This document shows, piece by piece, positions 17,773 to 26,180 of a stretch of DNA of 64,000 nt. Each line of letters begins with the position of its first letter. Positions within the stretch are counted from its first letter, which is position 1. The notes beneath the pieces are model-generated. The model did no database searches. It saw nothing but the letters and a program-made list of their open reading frames with translations, and was not told the DNA's origin. A program made the position numbers and the translations under genes. Source of the DNA: a virus; IMG/VR virus record IMGVR_UViG_3300022680_000058, positions 32,001 to 96,000 of that record; one strand, given 5' to 3'.

Positions 17773-19227
17773 TCACCCCTTGCCCAACAATTCAACAATA
17801 TCATGCACAGGGACCCAGCCGGGAGATGTTTTCAGAAGAGGGAGACTCTTGAGCGCCTCTTCTGCTTCGACCTGCTCCGGATCTGACCCAAGTTTCTTGA
17901 GCTCACGAACGACCTCGAATCGCTCTCCATCCTGAGTCACTGTGTGAGCGGACCTCTCGTCAGTGAACTTTCCGTCTTTCCCGTGGTAGGTCTTCGACTC
18001 GCCGAACACCTGTTTCCTAGCCTTGACGAGCTTGATCTTCCTCTGGAACTTCCCCTGAACGTCGTCACCCTCGAAACCAACCTTGTTGAGGTAGATTTCT
18101 GTCGCACGAATCCACTCCCGCTGTCGGTGGGCTTCTTCGTCCCGATCATCCACAGAATGCATGAGAGCGAGACCAGCCATGGCCACCCCGTACCAGAATG
18201 GACTCGATGACCTTAGATGACGAAACGCCGTGTCGTCGTCGATGTCACTCCACGTCCAACCAGTACCACCCTGGTAAGACGTCTTTGCCCTTGTCGTTCG
18301 ACGAACCTTCGCCTTGGCAAAAGCGATATCGAGGAGCTTATCAGCGAGACGCCTCGCAGGATGCCTTGTCATCATCCTCGGGACGAAACGTTTCAACATC
18401 TCAGGATTCGCACGAGATGACATCCTCATGAAGTTCTTCTCGTTCGAAACAGCCTCTCGGTCCTCGGGCACGTCAACCCTCTTGGCCCAATTGACACCCT
18501 TCATGTACTGAGACGTGTCACGCCTGAGGTTTGGCAACGGGACATCAACATCAACCCCAGCGAGCTCAACCCCCATGGTCTTTCTTGGACCCGAGGCCTT
18601 GTCCTTCTTCCCCATCACATCCTTCTCTGGGTTGATGTCCTCTGGGTTCAGGTACTTGCTCCTGAGCTCACGAGCTGTTCTCTGTACGTAGTCCTCACGT
18701 TCGCTCTTCGGCAACGCCCCCTTGAGCGCCGATCCAGCCATCGCCACGCCATACCAGAACGGATCAGTCTTGAGGAGGTCACCAGGAACTACCCCATGGA
18801 ACTGATACCCGCCCCGAGTTGTCCCTACGCGCCTCATCTTATCGGCGACCAGATCCACTGGGTGAGTGATGTTCGCCACGACAGTCCCCTGGTCGAGCAA
18901 GACAGCGATAGACTTCCTGTCCATCTTCTTCGCCCCCTCCAGGCTCTTCGTGATGGACCTGAGCTTCGGGTCCTCGAACTCGGGCAGATCCTTCGTCATG
19001 TTTTTGTTCGCCCAGTTGACACCCTTAACAAACTGAGACTGGCGTCCAGGGGATGTGTTCGGGACCTTGACGTCAGCCGTGACGCCCCCATAACTGATGA
19101 TCGGCTTCTGCCGATAGAGAGGCGTCGGGTCCTTCTCCACTTTCGGCGGCGCCGGAACATCAAAAGACGTCACTCCCTTGGCGACTGCTTCATCAACGCG
19201 GCTGAAAAGATTGCCCCACCTACTCAT
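17773..19227 (-). CDS. Leader-family protein with two copies of an unrecognised domain
   Basis: Start MSRWGNLFSRVDE-AVAKGVTSFDVPAP after a GAGGT RBS; KGVNWA..HP..ADK..PFWYGVAMAG occurs twice. Confidence 0.75.
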   Translation of the reverse strand: MSRWGNLFSRVDEAVAKGVTSFDVPAPPKVEKDPTPLYRQKPIISYGGVTADVKVPNTSPGRQSQFVKGVNWANKNMTKDLPEFEDPKLRSITKSLEGAKKMDRKSIAVLLDQGTVVANITHPVDLVADKMRRVGTTRGGYQFHGVVPGDLLKTDPFWYGVAMAGSALKGALPKSEREDYVQRTARELRSKYLNPEDINPEKDVMGKKDKASGPRKTMGVELAGVDVDVPLPNLRRDTSQYMKGVNWAKRVDVPEDREAVSNEKNFMRMSSRANPEMLKRFVPRMMTRHPARRLADKLLDIAFAKAKVRRTTRAKTSYQGGTGWTWSDIDDDTAFRHLRSSSPFWYGVAMAGLALMHSVDDRDEEAHRQREWIRATEIYLNKVGFEGDDVQGKFQRKIKLVKARKQVFGESKTYHGKDGKFTDERSAHTVTQDGERFEVVRELKKLGSDPEQVEAEEALKSLPLLKTSPGWVPVHDIVELLGKG

Positions 19228-19235
19228 GACCAACC

Positions 19236-19640
19236 TCACACAGTTTTCTCGATGTCCCTGAACAGATCCTTGAATCGCTTGTACTTCGCCGGGGCTTCTT
19301 TTTCCATGGCGTGCTTCATCGTCCGGCGAGCTCCCTTCTGAGTCTGCCTGATGCTCGACACCTGACCGCCCTTCTTGTAGGGGGGCTTCAGGTATCCATT
19401 GCGAGTCATCGCCCAACGACAGATGTTCCACGCCGCACGAACGCTCTTCTTCTTCCCACCATTCTTGCCATCTTTCACAGCGACGATACAGTGAGCAAGC
19501 TGAGCTGGAACCCTGTCGACCTTCGCCGCCGCCTTCGAGCCGCCTGGCTTCTGTTGCTGGCGAGGAGGTTTCCTCCTCAGACCTCCACGGGGAGCTTGGC
19601 GCCTCTCAAGAATCATCTCGACTGGTACCCACAGACTCAC
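19236..19640 (-). CDS. Basic small protein (HC..AWNIC motif), putative internal head protein
   Basis: Very K/R-rich; leader MSLWVPVEMILE. Confidence 0.65.
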   Translation of the reverse strand: MSLWVPVEMILERRQAPRGGLRRKPPRQQQKPGGSKAAAKVDRVPAQLAHCIVAVKDGKNGGKKKSVRAAWNICRWAMTRNGYLKPPYKKGGQVSSIRQTQKGARRTMKHAMEKEAPAKYKRFKDLFRDIEKTV

Positions 19641-19643
19641 AAC

Positions 19644-20228
19644 TCACCCCACACACAGATCGTTGCAGATGTTCGAGAAGTATTTCTTCTTCAAGGCTAC
19701 AACCTCTCGGTCGACGTAGTCATCCTTCTGCCTCATCGTGAGGGAGCGAATGAGCGCCTCCCCGACCATCCCGACAGCGTACCAATAAGGATCGGTTTCC
19801 AGCATCTGGTCTGGTACCGTTCCGTCGTACCTGTAACCGGCTTTCTGTGAAGCCATAGCGATCAGCTTCTTCGCCACCCGCTCAACAGGATGCCTCATCA
19901 CAGACTGATACCGACCAGACGAAAATCCGGAACGGACAGCTCCAATGTTCCGGCCAGACTGCTTCTCGATCTCACGAACAACGAACGCCAAACCCTCATC
20001 AGGAGGTGGCGGGTCCTTCAAGACAGTATCCTTCACCCACTCGACGCCGAGCCTGAACTTCTCGTTCGTCCACGCAGACCCCGCTGGCGTCTTCACAGTA
20101 GCGCTCACAGGCCCGTAAGAAACTCTGAGGGGGACTCCACCCCTGGTCACCTTCCTTTGCATTTGAGACGGCGTAGGCACCTTGTATGAGCCAGCCATCG
20201 CCTCCAGCAACCGAGCGGAGAGCTGCAT
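19644..20228 (-). CDS. Leader-family protein with one copy of the 17773 domain
   Basis: MQLSARLLE-AMAGSYKVPTP; GVEWV..RHPVERVAKK..DPYWYAVGM. Confidence 0.75.
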   Translation of the reverse strand: MQLSARLLEAMAGSYKVPTPSQMQRKVTRGGVPLRVSYGPVSATVKTPAGSAWTNEKFRLGVEWVKDTVLKDPPPPDEGLAFVVREIEKQSGRNIGAVRSGFSSGRYQSVMRHPVERVAKKLIAMASQKAGYRYDGTVPDQMLETDPYWYAVGMVGEALIRSLTMRQKDDYVDREVVALKKKYFSNICNDLCVG

Positions 20229-20231
20229 GTA

Positions 20232-21011
20232 TCACCCCACGATGAAAGGAACAGGATCGCTGAGACTGATCAGCTCCTGATCAAGTGAGAGTTTCTCGTC
20301 CTGAGCTTCGGCGAGTAGTGTCTCACCGTCCATAGATTTCGCACCACCTGCCGACGGGAATTCAGTGTACTTCCCACGGACTCGACCGAGGCGTTCTTTG
20401 AGACACGCCCTGGCGTACCTGAGGATCATGTCCCTGTCACGGAACCGAAGCTTCCTGAAATCATTCACAGGGGTCGTATCAGGCGCCACAGGGTCCTCGG
20501 TAACCAAGGTGGTGCTGGCGTATCTGGCGACCACTGTTCCAGTCGAATGGTTGACCGGATAGATGGACAGCAAGTTGTCGACTCGGCTGTACTCCCACGA
20601 TGGCTCGGAGCCGACAACCCGCTTCGCTGTCTCGGAGTGGGCGATCATCTGGTTGAGGGTGCCGTAAAACGAGCCCCCAGGGATTCCTGTGAGGCTCGCA
20701 TAGGCCACGGGGAGCATGTCCACGTCAATGAACGCGAAGGGGTTGATCGAGGCAATGACATCGAGCTGGACACCAGGGAACCAAACGGACAAAACCTCGT
20801 CACAGTCATCAGGCATCGAATAAGTGCTGATTCCAGACGAGACATTCTGAACGGCATGTCGTTTGATCCCCTTTTTCCCGATCCACCACCTCAAGGCATC
20901 ATCGAAGGAATCACTGCAATGCTCGTCAGTGACTTCGAGGACCACAACGCCACAGCCCAGCGAGCGCTTGACCCAGCCCTCAGCCTCTTCCCTGTTCATT
21001 GGGTCCGTCAT
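20232..21011 (-). CDS. Neck protein, T4 gp13-like
   Basis: WVKRSLG..VLEVTDE..DDAL..RYARACLKERLGRVRGKY..GG..MDGETLLAEAQDE..FIVG. Confidence 0.85.
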   Translation of the reverse strand: MTDPMNREEAEGWVKRSLGCGVVVLEVTDEHCSDSFDDALRWWIGKKGIKRHAVQNVSSGISTYSMPDDCDEVLSVWFPGVQLDVIASINPFAFIDVDMLPVAYASLTGIPGGSFYGTLNQMIAHSETAKRVVGSEPSWEYSRVDNLLSIYPVNHSTGTVVARYASTTLVTEDPVAPDTTPVNDFRKLRFRDRDMILRYARACLKERLGRVRGKYTEFPSAGGAKSMDGETLLAEAQDEKLSLDQELISLSDPVPFIVG

Positions 21012-21039
21012 AGATCACCTCTCCAGCAAAAATCCAGAA

Positions 21040-21057
21040 TGGGCAATTGATTGCCTA
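21040..21057. repeat. Conserved palindrome, copy 3
   Basis: TGGGCAATTGATTGCCTA, intergenic upstream of the gp13-like gene. Confidence 0.9.
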
Positions 21058-21489
21058 TCAGTCCTTTTTCTTGCTGGACCTGCGTCGCTTGGCTCCCTTC
21101 GCTGCCTTGGCGAGCTTCGAGGCGTGAGACTTGGTCCCTTCACCCTCAGCCCTCTTCTCCTCGGAGGCGACCGACGACGCCGAGTCGAGGACGGATGCGC
21201 TGGCGCCGGAAAAGCTCTCTTCCTGGGCAACCTTCTCGGCCATCTCGATGACCGAGCTCTGTGGTGCTGGTTCATCCAAAGCTTCTTTGGTCAGAGCCTC
21301 GGCGATCCGGCGAGACGTCTCCTCGGAGCGGTCCACTTCAACCGACTCCTTCACCTCAACCAAGAGACCTTCGTCGGCGAATTTCTGGTACTCGTCACCA
21401 ACAAGGATCTCGCCATCTCGAACTCGGCGACTCCCACCGTTCACGTACAAAGAGAGTCTTCCGGGGCGCGGCTTCCTGAACCTTTTCAT
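21058..21489 (-). CDS. Hypothetical protein downstream of the major capsid gene
   Basis: GAGGAG RBS; small N-terminal domain plus charged tail. Confidence 0.65.
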   Translation of the reverse strand: MKRFRKPRPGRLSLYVNGGSRRVRDGEILVGDEYQKFADEGLLVEVKESVEVDRSEETSRRIAEALTKEALDEPAPQSSVIEMAEKVAQEESFSGASASVLDSASSVASEEKRAEGEGTKSHASKLAKAAKGAKRRRSSKKKD

Positions 21490-21501
21490 GGTCTGCTCCT
21501 C

Positions 21502-21533
21502 AAAAAGAAACGGGAGACTATGAATGGCCTCCC
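21502..21533 (-). terminator. Rho-independent terminator after the major capsid gene
   Basis: GGGAGGC-8nt-GTCTCCC followed by GTTTCTTTTT. Confidence 0.7.
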
Positions 21534-21725
21534 ACCACTATCAACATAATGCACTTAAAAGGGGTGAATGATCAACCTGACCAAACGCACCTCTTCTCAC
21601 TGTGGTCATAGGTCAACCTCATGGGCTCCATCGCAGAGCTCATGATCGCATAAAAAGAGGTATGTAGTGTGTGGTTATACAGGCCTAATGATGTACGGCC
21701 TGATTACGTGTGGTGTTCCAGCGAA

Positions 21726-23219
21726 TCAGAGTCCGCCAGTGATTGCGACGCGCCCGAACCATTCGCTCCTCAAGAGCTTGGTTGCATATCGGGTCCTCAT
21801 CCCCTTCTTGTTCGTCTGATCCTCAGGATCTTGGAACGTCTGGGTCATTTGAAGGGGGACGTATGGGCTGAAGACGAAGCCCGCATCCAGATAGCTGCGA
21901 CCACGGAGGCCAAGCATGATGTTGTTCCAGGAGAAGAAGGGGTCTTGGTATCCCCACCACTTGTTGGAGAGGGGACCCATCTTGAGGATGCCCTGGTGCG
22001 AGGTCATGGGACCGTAGCTCGGGGGCACCTGGATGCCATCGAAGGGGCCTTGAACGCCAGCACCGGAGGAGATCCATCCGGGGCGATAGTCGCCATGGGT
22101 CTGGGTCTGAATGAGCTTGGCCGAGACGTCGGGACTGGTGACGTACCAGTTTGCCGGGGCTCGGAGGGTTTGCTTGTGGATCTCGAAGCTGACGGCGCTC
22201 ATCCGAGTCATGACAGCTCGGATGTGGTCGACCTCGGAGAGACCAGCAGGAACGGTGAAGTCGAAGGTATCGGTGATACCCGCCGACGCCGCATAGAGCT
22301 GGTTGATGATGTCGCGGTCGATTTCGAGAGCGACTTCCTGGGCGATGCCGCCGACGAGCTCTGTTTCGGCGTCGAGCCCGTGGAACGCTCGGAGGTCATC
22401 CTGGGCCTCAGAGCTCCAGCGAGCCTTGAGCTTGCGGGTTTGAGCCTGGATGGGCAGGAAACTGATGTCGATGTAGACATCCGGGATGTTCCGGTTGCCT
22501 TCCATGTCGTACCAGTAGGTCACCCGAACGATGTTGCCATTGGTGGTGTTGACGCCGAACTGGAAGTTCGTGATCTGGCCATTGGCATAGTTGATGGTAC
22601 CAGAGGTCGCACCAGTGAACCCACCAGATCCATTGTCGACGTGACTTTGGACGATGATGTCCGCAGTCGCGTTGTACTCCTCGACCGTCACCGAGTAGCC
22701 CAGGTCGGCGTCGAGCGGACGAACTGGGTTGTACTGAAGGATGGTCGCACCAGAACCACCAGCCGGTGACCACTCCTGAGCAGCAGTGATATCAGCGAGC
22801 TTCTCATACTCGATCTTCTCGGAGGAGTAGAGCGAGTCGAAGTTCTGGATGAGGTTCGAGCCAGCCGTGGTCCCTCCCTTGGAGCGGCCATGCTTGAACT
22901 CGAAGTAGAAGACCGCACCGACGGGAGAAGTCATCGGCTGGACCGAGACGATCTCGTTGGCGATCAGGTTGGGGAACACCCTCCGGAGAACCGGAAAGAT
23001 GTACTTCGTGTACGATCCCGCGTTGGTCGAGAGCGTGTCCTCTTCGAGCTGCCGACGCATGTCACGGAACTGGTTCTCCATGAGCATGGCCATGCACTTG
23101 CGGGTGTAGTCTTCCTGGATGCCGCCGAGGTAGCGACCCCATTTTTTGACGAGCAGAGAAGTATATCGCTGGTCGCGAATCGTCTCACTCCCTGCCTCGT
23201 TCAGATTTTGTCTACTCAT
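21726..23219 (-). CDS. Major capsid protein, T4 gp23-like
   Basis: LMENQ..FPVLRRVFPNLIANEIVSVQPMTSPVG..RKLKARWS.EAQDDLRAFHGLDAETEL..EIDRDII..PYVPL..GMRTRYA. Confidence 0.97.
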   Translation of the reverse strand: MSRQNLNEAGSETIRDQRYTSLLVKKWGRYLGGIQEDYTRKCMAMLMENQFRDMRRQLEEDTLSTNAGSYTKYIFPVLRRVFPNLIANEIVSVQPMTSPVGAVFYFEFKHGRSKGGTTAGSNLIQNFDSLYSSEKIEYEKLADITAAQEWSPAGGSGATILQYNPVRPLDADLGYSVTVEEYNATADIIVQSHVDNGSGGFTGATSGTINYANGQITNFQFGVNTTNGNIVRVTYWYDMEGNRNIPDVYIDISFLPIQAQTRKLKARWSSEAQDDLRAFHGLDAETELVGGIAQEVALEIDRDIINQLYAASAGITDTFDFTVPAGLSEVDHIRAVMTRMSAVSFEIHKQTLRAPANWYVTSPDVSAKLIQTQTHGDYRPGWISSGAGVQGPFDGIQVPPSYGPMTSHQGILKMGPLSNKWWGYQDPFFSWNNIMLGLRGRSYLDAGFVFSPYVPLQMTQTFQDPEDQTNKKGMRTRYATKLLRSEWFGRVAITGGL

Positions 23220-23254
23220 GATACGGCCTTTCTCCCTCCGTCCGTCCTGACCCC

Positions 23255-24895
23255 TCAGCGCTGGTTCTCTGGAATACCAGAGAGTTCATCGAAGGCATCA
23301 TCCGTGAGTCCGAAGCCTTCGACCAACGCGCCCGATTGGCCCTCACCGTTTTTGTCTCTCCAGGGCTCCGACGTCCCGTCCCTGAACGGGTTCTCTTCCT
23401 CTGACAGAGCCCTTCTGTTCCCCCGACTCACACGAGAACGGATTCGTTCTGCCTCGTCCTGGTCGAGAGCTCTCGTTCGTCGAGCACCAAAGGATCTGAT
23501 GACCCTTTCGGCGCCATCGATATCTGTGATCCCCTCACAGAGATCCACGACCTCTTCACCTTGCGGGTGTGCCGTCTGGACCCCTCTGAGGTACGACTCG
23601 ATCTGAATCGTCTCTGCAATCTGGATGGCCTCCTTCAGCTTCGACTTGGCGTGGTCCGCCTCCTCAGTCGCTTTCGAGAGCTTTCCCTCCAGATTTGCGA
23701 TCCTCTCACGGAGCTTGGCTTCGATGTCATCAGGTTCGTCATCCTCAGTCTTTGCCGAAGAGAGTTCGCCCTGAATAGCCTCAATCCGCTCGTCAATCTC
23801 GCTGACGTTTTTGAACGACTTCACATCTCCCACGAGCTTGACGATGGTGTCCCTTGAAGGGTCTCCACTCAACTTCCGCTCCATGTGGAGTCTGTATGTC
23901 GCCTCTTTCGCCACCTCAGCCATTTCGGCGTACTTCTTTTCCGCCGCCTCGACCTCCAACTCCTTGTCAGAGACCCTCTTTTCGAGCTCAGAAACCTTGC
24001 CCGACTGGTCATCCGCTCCATCACCTGTCGGAGTCGACGACGCGAAACTCGTGACGAGCCCAGCAATCTGCTCCAACACCTGGATGGCGCCACCGACCTC
24101 CGGGTCGTTCAGTAGTTCCTGTCGAACCCTCGTCTCGGCAGCCTCATCGAGCTTTTCGATCTTGCGAAGGAGTTCGTTCGAGAGCTGCTCCCTGACCTCC
24201 TCCTCGATCAGAGCACGCTCGGGAGACTCGACGTCTTCCCTGATCGGCTCCCCATCACCATCTGCCAGCGGACAGCCACAGCCCTCTCTGAGAGCCGCTG
24301 CTGCGAATTCATCCGCGAGACCTGGGTAGTCACGCTTGAAGGACTCCAAGGTGAAGTCTCCGTCACCTGGGACCTTCTCGATCTCTTCCTGGAAGACCTT
24401 GGGGTATGCAGTCTTTGTCGCTGGGTCTGCCACGAAGTCAAAAGTGTCCAGTCTGAAATCTTCCTGAACCTCCATAATCCCATTCGGGAGCGCCTTCGTG
24501 GAACCGAAACCTCGGCTACTGACACCGACCTTGGCCCCCGCCTCGGCCAGGGTCTTCATGATGCGACCCATAGGAGTGTCGAGGAGCTCAGCCTCCCCAA
24601 TGACTGAGTTCCCCTCAACACGAAGATTCGTGAGCAAGTGACTGACACGTTGAAGCTTGGTTCTTCCGTCAGCCGGATGATCGAGCTCTCCGAACGCCCT
24701 GCGATCTCTCATCGCCTCAGACAGTCGCCCGATCTCACGCCGCCAAAGATGCTCTCTGTAGAGACGCTTGTTCTCGGTTGGCTTATCAGACCTGGCGAAT
24801 TCGCCCTTCATGACGAGCTTGTGAGGCTTTGATGAGTCTGCCGACTCCTGCAAAGCACACGAAAACGTCATGGTGTCGATGAGCAGCTCAGCCAT
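23255..24895 (-). CDS. Prohead protease (T4 gp21-like) fused to a scaffold-like coiled coil
   Basis: NKRLY..AFGELDHP..VSH..GVSSRGFGS..FDFVADP, followed by an acidic coiled-coil region rich in LxE sites. Confidence 0.92.
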   Translation of the reverse strand: MAELLIDTMTFSCALQESADSSKPHKLVMKGEFARSDKPTENKRLYREHLWRREIGRLSEAMRDRRAFGELDHPADGRTKLQRVSHLLTNLRVEGNSVIGEAELLDTPMGRIMKTLAEAGAKVGVSSRGFGSTKALPNGIMEVQEDFRLDTFDFVADPATKTAYPKVFQEEIEKVPGDGDFTLESFKRDYPGLADEFAAAALREGCGCPLADGDGEPIREDVESPERALIEEEVREQLSNELLRKIEKLDEAAETRVRQELLNDPEVGGAIQVLEQIAGLVTSFASSTPTGDGADDQSGKVSELEKRVSDKELEVEAAEKKYAEMAEVAKEATYRLHMERKLSGDPSRDTIVKLVGDVKSFKNVSEIDERIEAIQGELSSAKTEDDEPDDIEAKLRERIANLEGKLSKATEEADHAKSKLKEAIQIAETIQIESYLRGVQTAHPQGEEVVDLCEGITDIDGAERVIRSFGARRTRALDQDEAERIRSRVSRGNRRALSEEENPFRDGTSEPWRDKNGEGQSGALVEGFGLTDDAFDELSGIPENQR

Positions 24896-24903
24896 TTCAA
24901 CTC

Positions 24904-25122
24904 CTACCGGGACCTGATTTCTCCAGAACGATACTGGCTCCTAGCCAGTAGGTCACCGAGACGCTTCTTGGGTCTTTTCCGCTTCGGGACAATTTTCTTC
25001 TTCCCCTTAGCCTCGAACCCAATCCTGTCTCTGACCGTCCCTCCAAGTCCAAGGATGTCCCGTCGGCGACTCCGATGTTTCAGCTTGTTGGCTTCCAAGA
25101 GCCACCGAACGGGAATCCACAC
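24904..25122 (-). CDS. Small basic protein, putative internal head protein
   Basis: Leader MWIPVRWLLE followed by a K/R-rich body. Confidence 0.55.
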   Translation of the reverse strand: MWIPVRWLLEANKLKHRSRRRDILGLGGTVRDRIGFEAKGKKKIVPKRKRPKKRLGDLLARSQYRSGEIRSR

Positions 25123-25130
25123 CTCACGCC

Positions 25131-26171
25131 CTACTCGCCGTCGTCGTCGAAGAAATTGATCCCGGAGAAGTCTTCGTCATCTCCGTCGTCGATATCCTCG
25201 TCCTCATCGATCTGGGTGTCGTCGTCGATGTCCTCATCCTCATCGAGGAATTCATCATCTTCGTCGTCATCCACATCTTCGAGAAGACCGTTCTCGATAC
25301 CCATCCCGATCGACTCGTGAAGACTGGGTTGCCCCAAATCCTCGTGAGCCGCCATGGCCTTGCTGACACCTTCGAGGAGCCCATTGAGCTTCTCTTCGAT
25401 GGACTCGCTGAGCTCCCCACCGTTGGCTTCGATCTCCTCGGAGATGGTGGCGCCGGTGTCGCTCATCGTGTAGAGCATGTCGGCGATGCTCTGATCACCG
25501 ATGGCCTCGAAACACTCGCCAAGGAGGTGAGCCAGATACCCGGCATTGAGAGCAGCATCCTCATACTCACTCACATCGCCCGTGTTGGTGCTGGTGCTCT
25601 CCAAATCTTCCTTGAGCTGAGACAGCCGATCGCTCGCCTGGATGTTGACACTCTCCTGACGGACGATGAAACCCTTCTTGGTCTTGCCCTTCCGCATCTT
25701 GCGGCGCTTGGCGATCTTGCTCTTGAACCGCTTGCGGTAGAGTCGAGAGGCAGCCTTGAGAGCTCCCCTCTTCTTTCGACGCGCAGCCTTCTCCTTCCGG
25801 AGTTGCTGCTTCGACACCTTGACCATCTTCCCGGAGGCGTCCATCCGATAGCCCTTCTTGCGACGCTTCAGGGCTTCGTCCATGGTCTCGGGCTCTCCGT
25901 CGATGTCCTCGTCATCGTCGTCCACTTCCTCGTAGACGTCGCTGGGAGCGGAGTCGGAGCCGACCTCTTGATAGATGTCACCACACCCACAATCCTCTTG
26001 GAGCGGGTCTTCTCGAACACCCTCGCCGCCGAGAGGAGCGGTGGACCACTCTTCCACGAGCTTGCAGTTGCGGTCCATGTCACCGATGATTTTGTTCGGG
26101 TCGAGACCGAGGCTCTCGATGTCCTCTTCCAACGGTCGGACTGTTCTGTCTTCGCCGTACATTACCTTCAA
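25131..26171 (-). CDS. Putative prohead core protein (acidic, with a basic patch)
   Basis: Lies between portal and protease, as T4 gp67/gp68 do; many LxE/IxE sites; KAARRKKRG..KRRKMRK patch. Confidence 0.65.
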   Translation of the reverse strand: MKVMYGEDRTVRPLEEDIESLGLDPNKIIGDMDRNCKLVEEWSTAPLGGEGVREDPLQEDCGCGDIYQEVGSDSAPSDVYEEVDDDDEDIDGEPETMDEALKRRKKGYRMDASGKMVKVSKQQLRKEKAARRKKRGALKAASRLYRKRFKSKIAKRRKMRKGKTKKGFIVRQESVNIQASDRLSQLKEDLESTSTNTGDVSEYEDAALNAGYLAHLLGECFEAIGDQSIADMLYTMSDTGATISEEIEANGGELSESIEEKLNGLLEGVSKAMAAHEDLGQPSLHESIGMGIENGLLEDVDDDEDDEFLDEDEDIDDDTQIDEDEDIDDGDDEDFSGINFFDDDGE

Positions 26172-26180
26172 CCTCCCTGC

